NCBI RefSeq assembly: GCF_009914755.1
Contig: NC_060936.1
DNA: 64,000 nt
From: the human T2T-CHM13v2.0 reference genome, Homo sapiens
Direction: 5' to 3' (one strand)
Made by a program: the position numbers and the translations under genes. Numbering within the stretch: position 1 is the first letter of the stretch; every line of letters starts with the position of its first letter. Positions 63,616 to 64,000 of the stretch are shown here, piece by piece. The notes under the pieces are model-generated. The model saw nothing but the letters and a program-made list of their open reading frames with translations, was not told where the DNA came from and searched no databases.

Positions 63616-64000
63616 CCCTGCTCTCTTGCCTTAGCTTTTCCCTATTACCCATTATCTCCCTAACTTCTCCATAAACCACAAAGCCATTTTATGAGGAAAT
63701 AAATGCCATATGATCTCACAGTTACTTGTAGTAATCATCATGTCTATTATTTCAAATTCTCTGGACAAGGCACTCTAAGAGACACTAGAGGAAATAATCC
63801 CAGATGATCAGATTAGAAAGGCATGGATGATATAAGGCATAGTGTCTTGTATTATCTAGATTTATAATTTAAAAGTATACTATATTTTGAACTTTCATGG
63901 CAGGAGGCACACAAATATACGTTCATAAGGATTCCCAAAATGTGTTTGTATACCACAAAGGGATTATGTCTGTTAACACATTAATGAACAACAAAAAATG

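Overview
Primate, almost certainly human, genomic DNA from inside GRIN2B (NMDA receptor subunit GluN2B, 12p13.1), transcribed on the minus strand. Only one protein-coding exon lies in the window: 115 nt at 34210-34324 (-), encoding (R)[38 protein letters not shown] of the amino-terminal domain. The supplied ORF track misses it. The rest is the two flanking giant introns, filled with MIR, L2, L3/CR1, old L1, Alu, MaLR/ERVL solo LTRs and DNA transposons (full-length Tigger1, MER6A, MER102, MER103, MER5), plus microsatellites and a 3'-truncated tailless 7SK retrocopy. Features not explained by repeat families: (i) a complex local rearrangement inside an L2 at 10.5-11.4 kb, made of a 218-bp inverted duplication (~89% paired hairpin), a 24-bp junction duplication and a 252-bp copy of sequence from 3.8 kb away; (ii) several sense-strand cryptic splice architectures, notably a frame-preserving 12-nt microexon candidate with a TACTAAT branch point, an in-frame 75-nt cassette candidate, a UG-repeat-adjacent acceptor and a YAG|GTAGGT recursive-type site; (iii) a CTCF motif with its upstream element and a CpG micro-cluster. 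Repeat subfamily names and boundaries were assigned by eye and are approximate. All splicing and regulatory candidates are hypotheses; I see no firm evidence of a new biological system.
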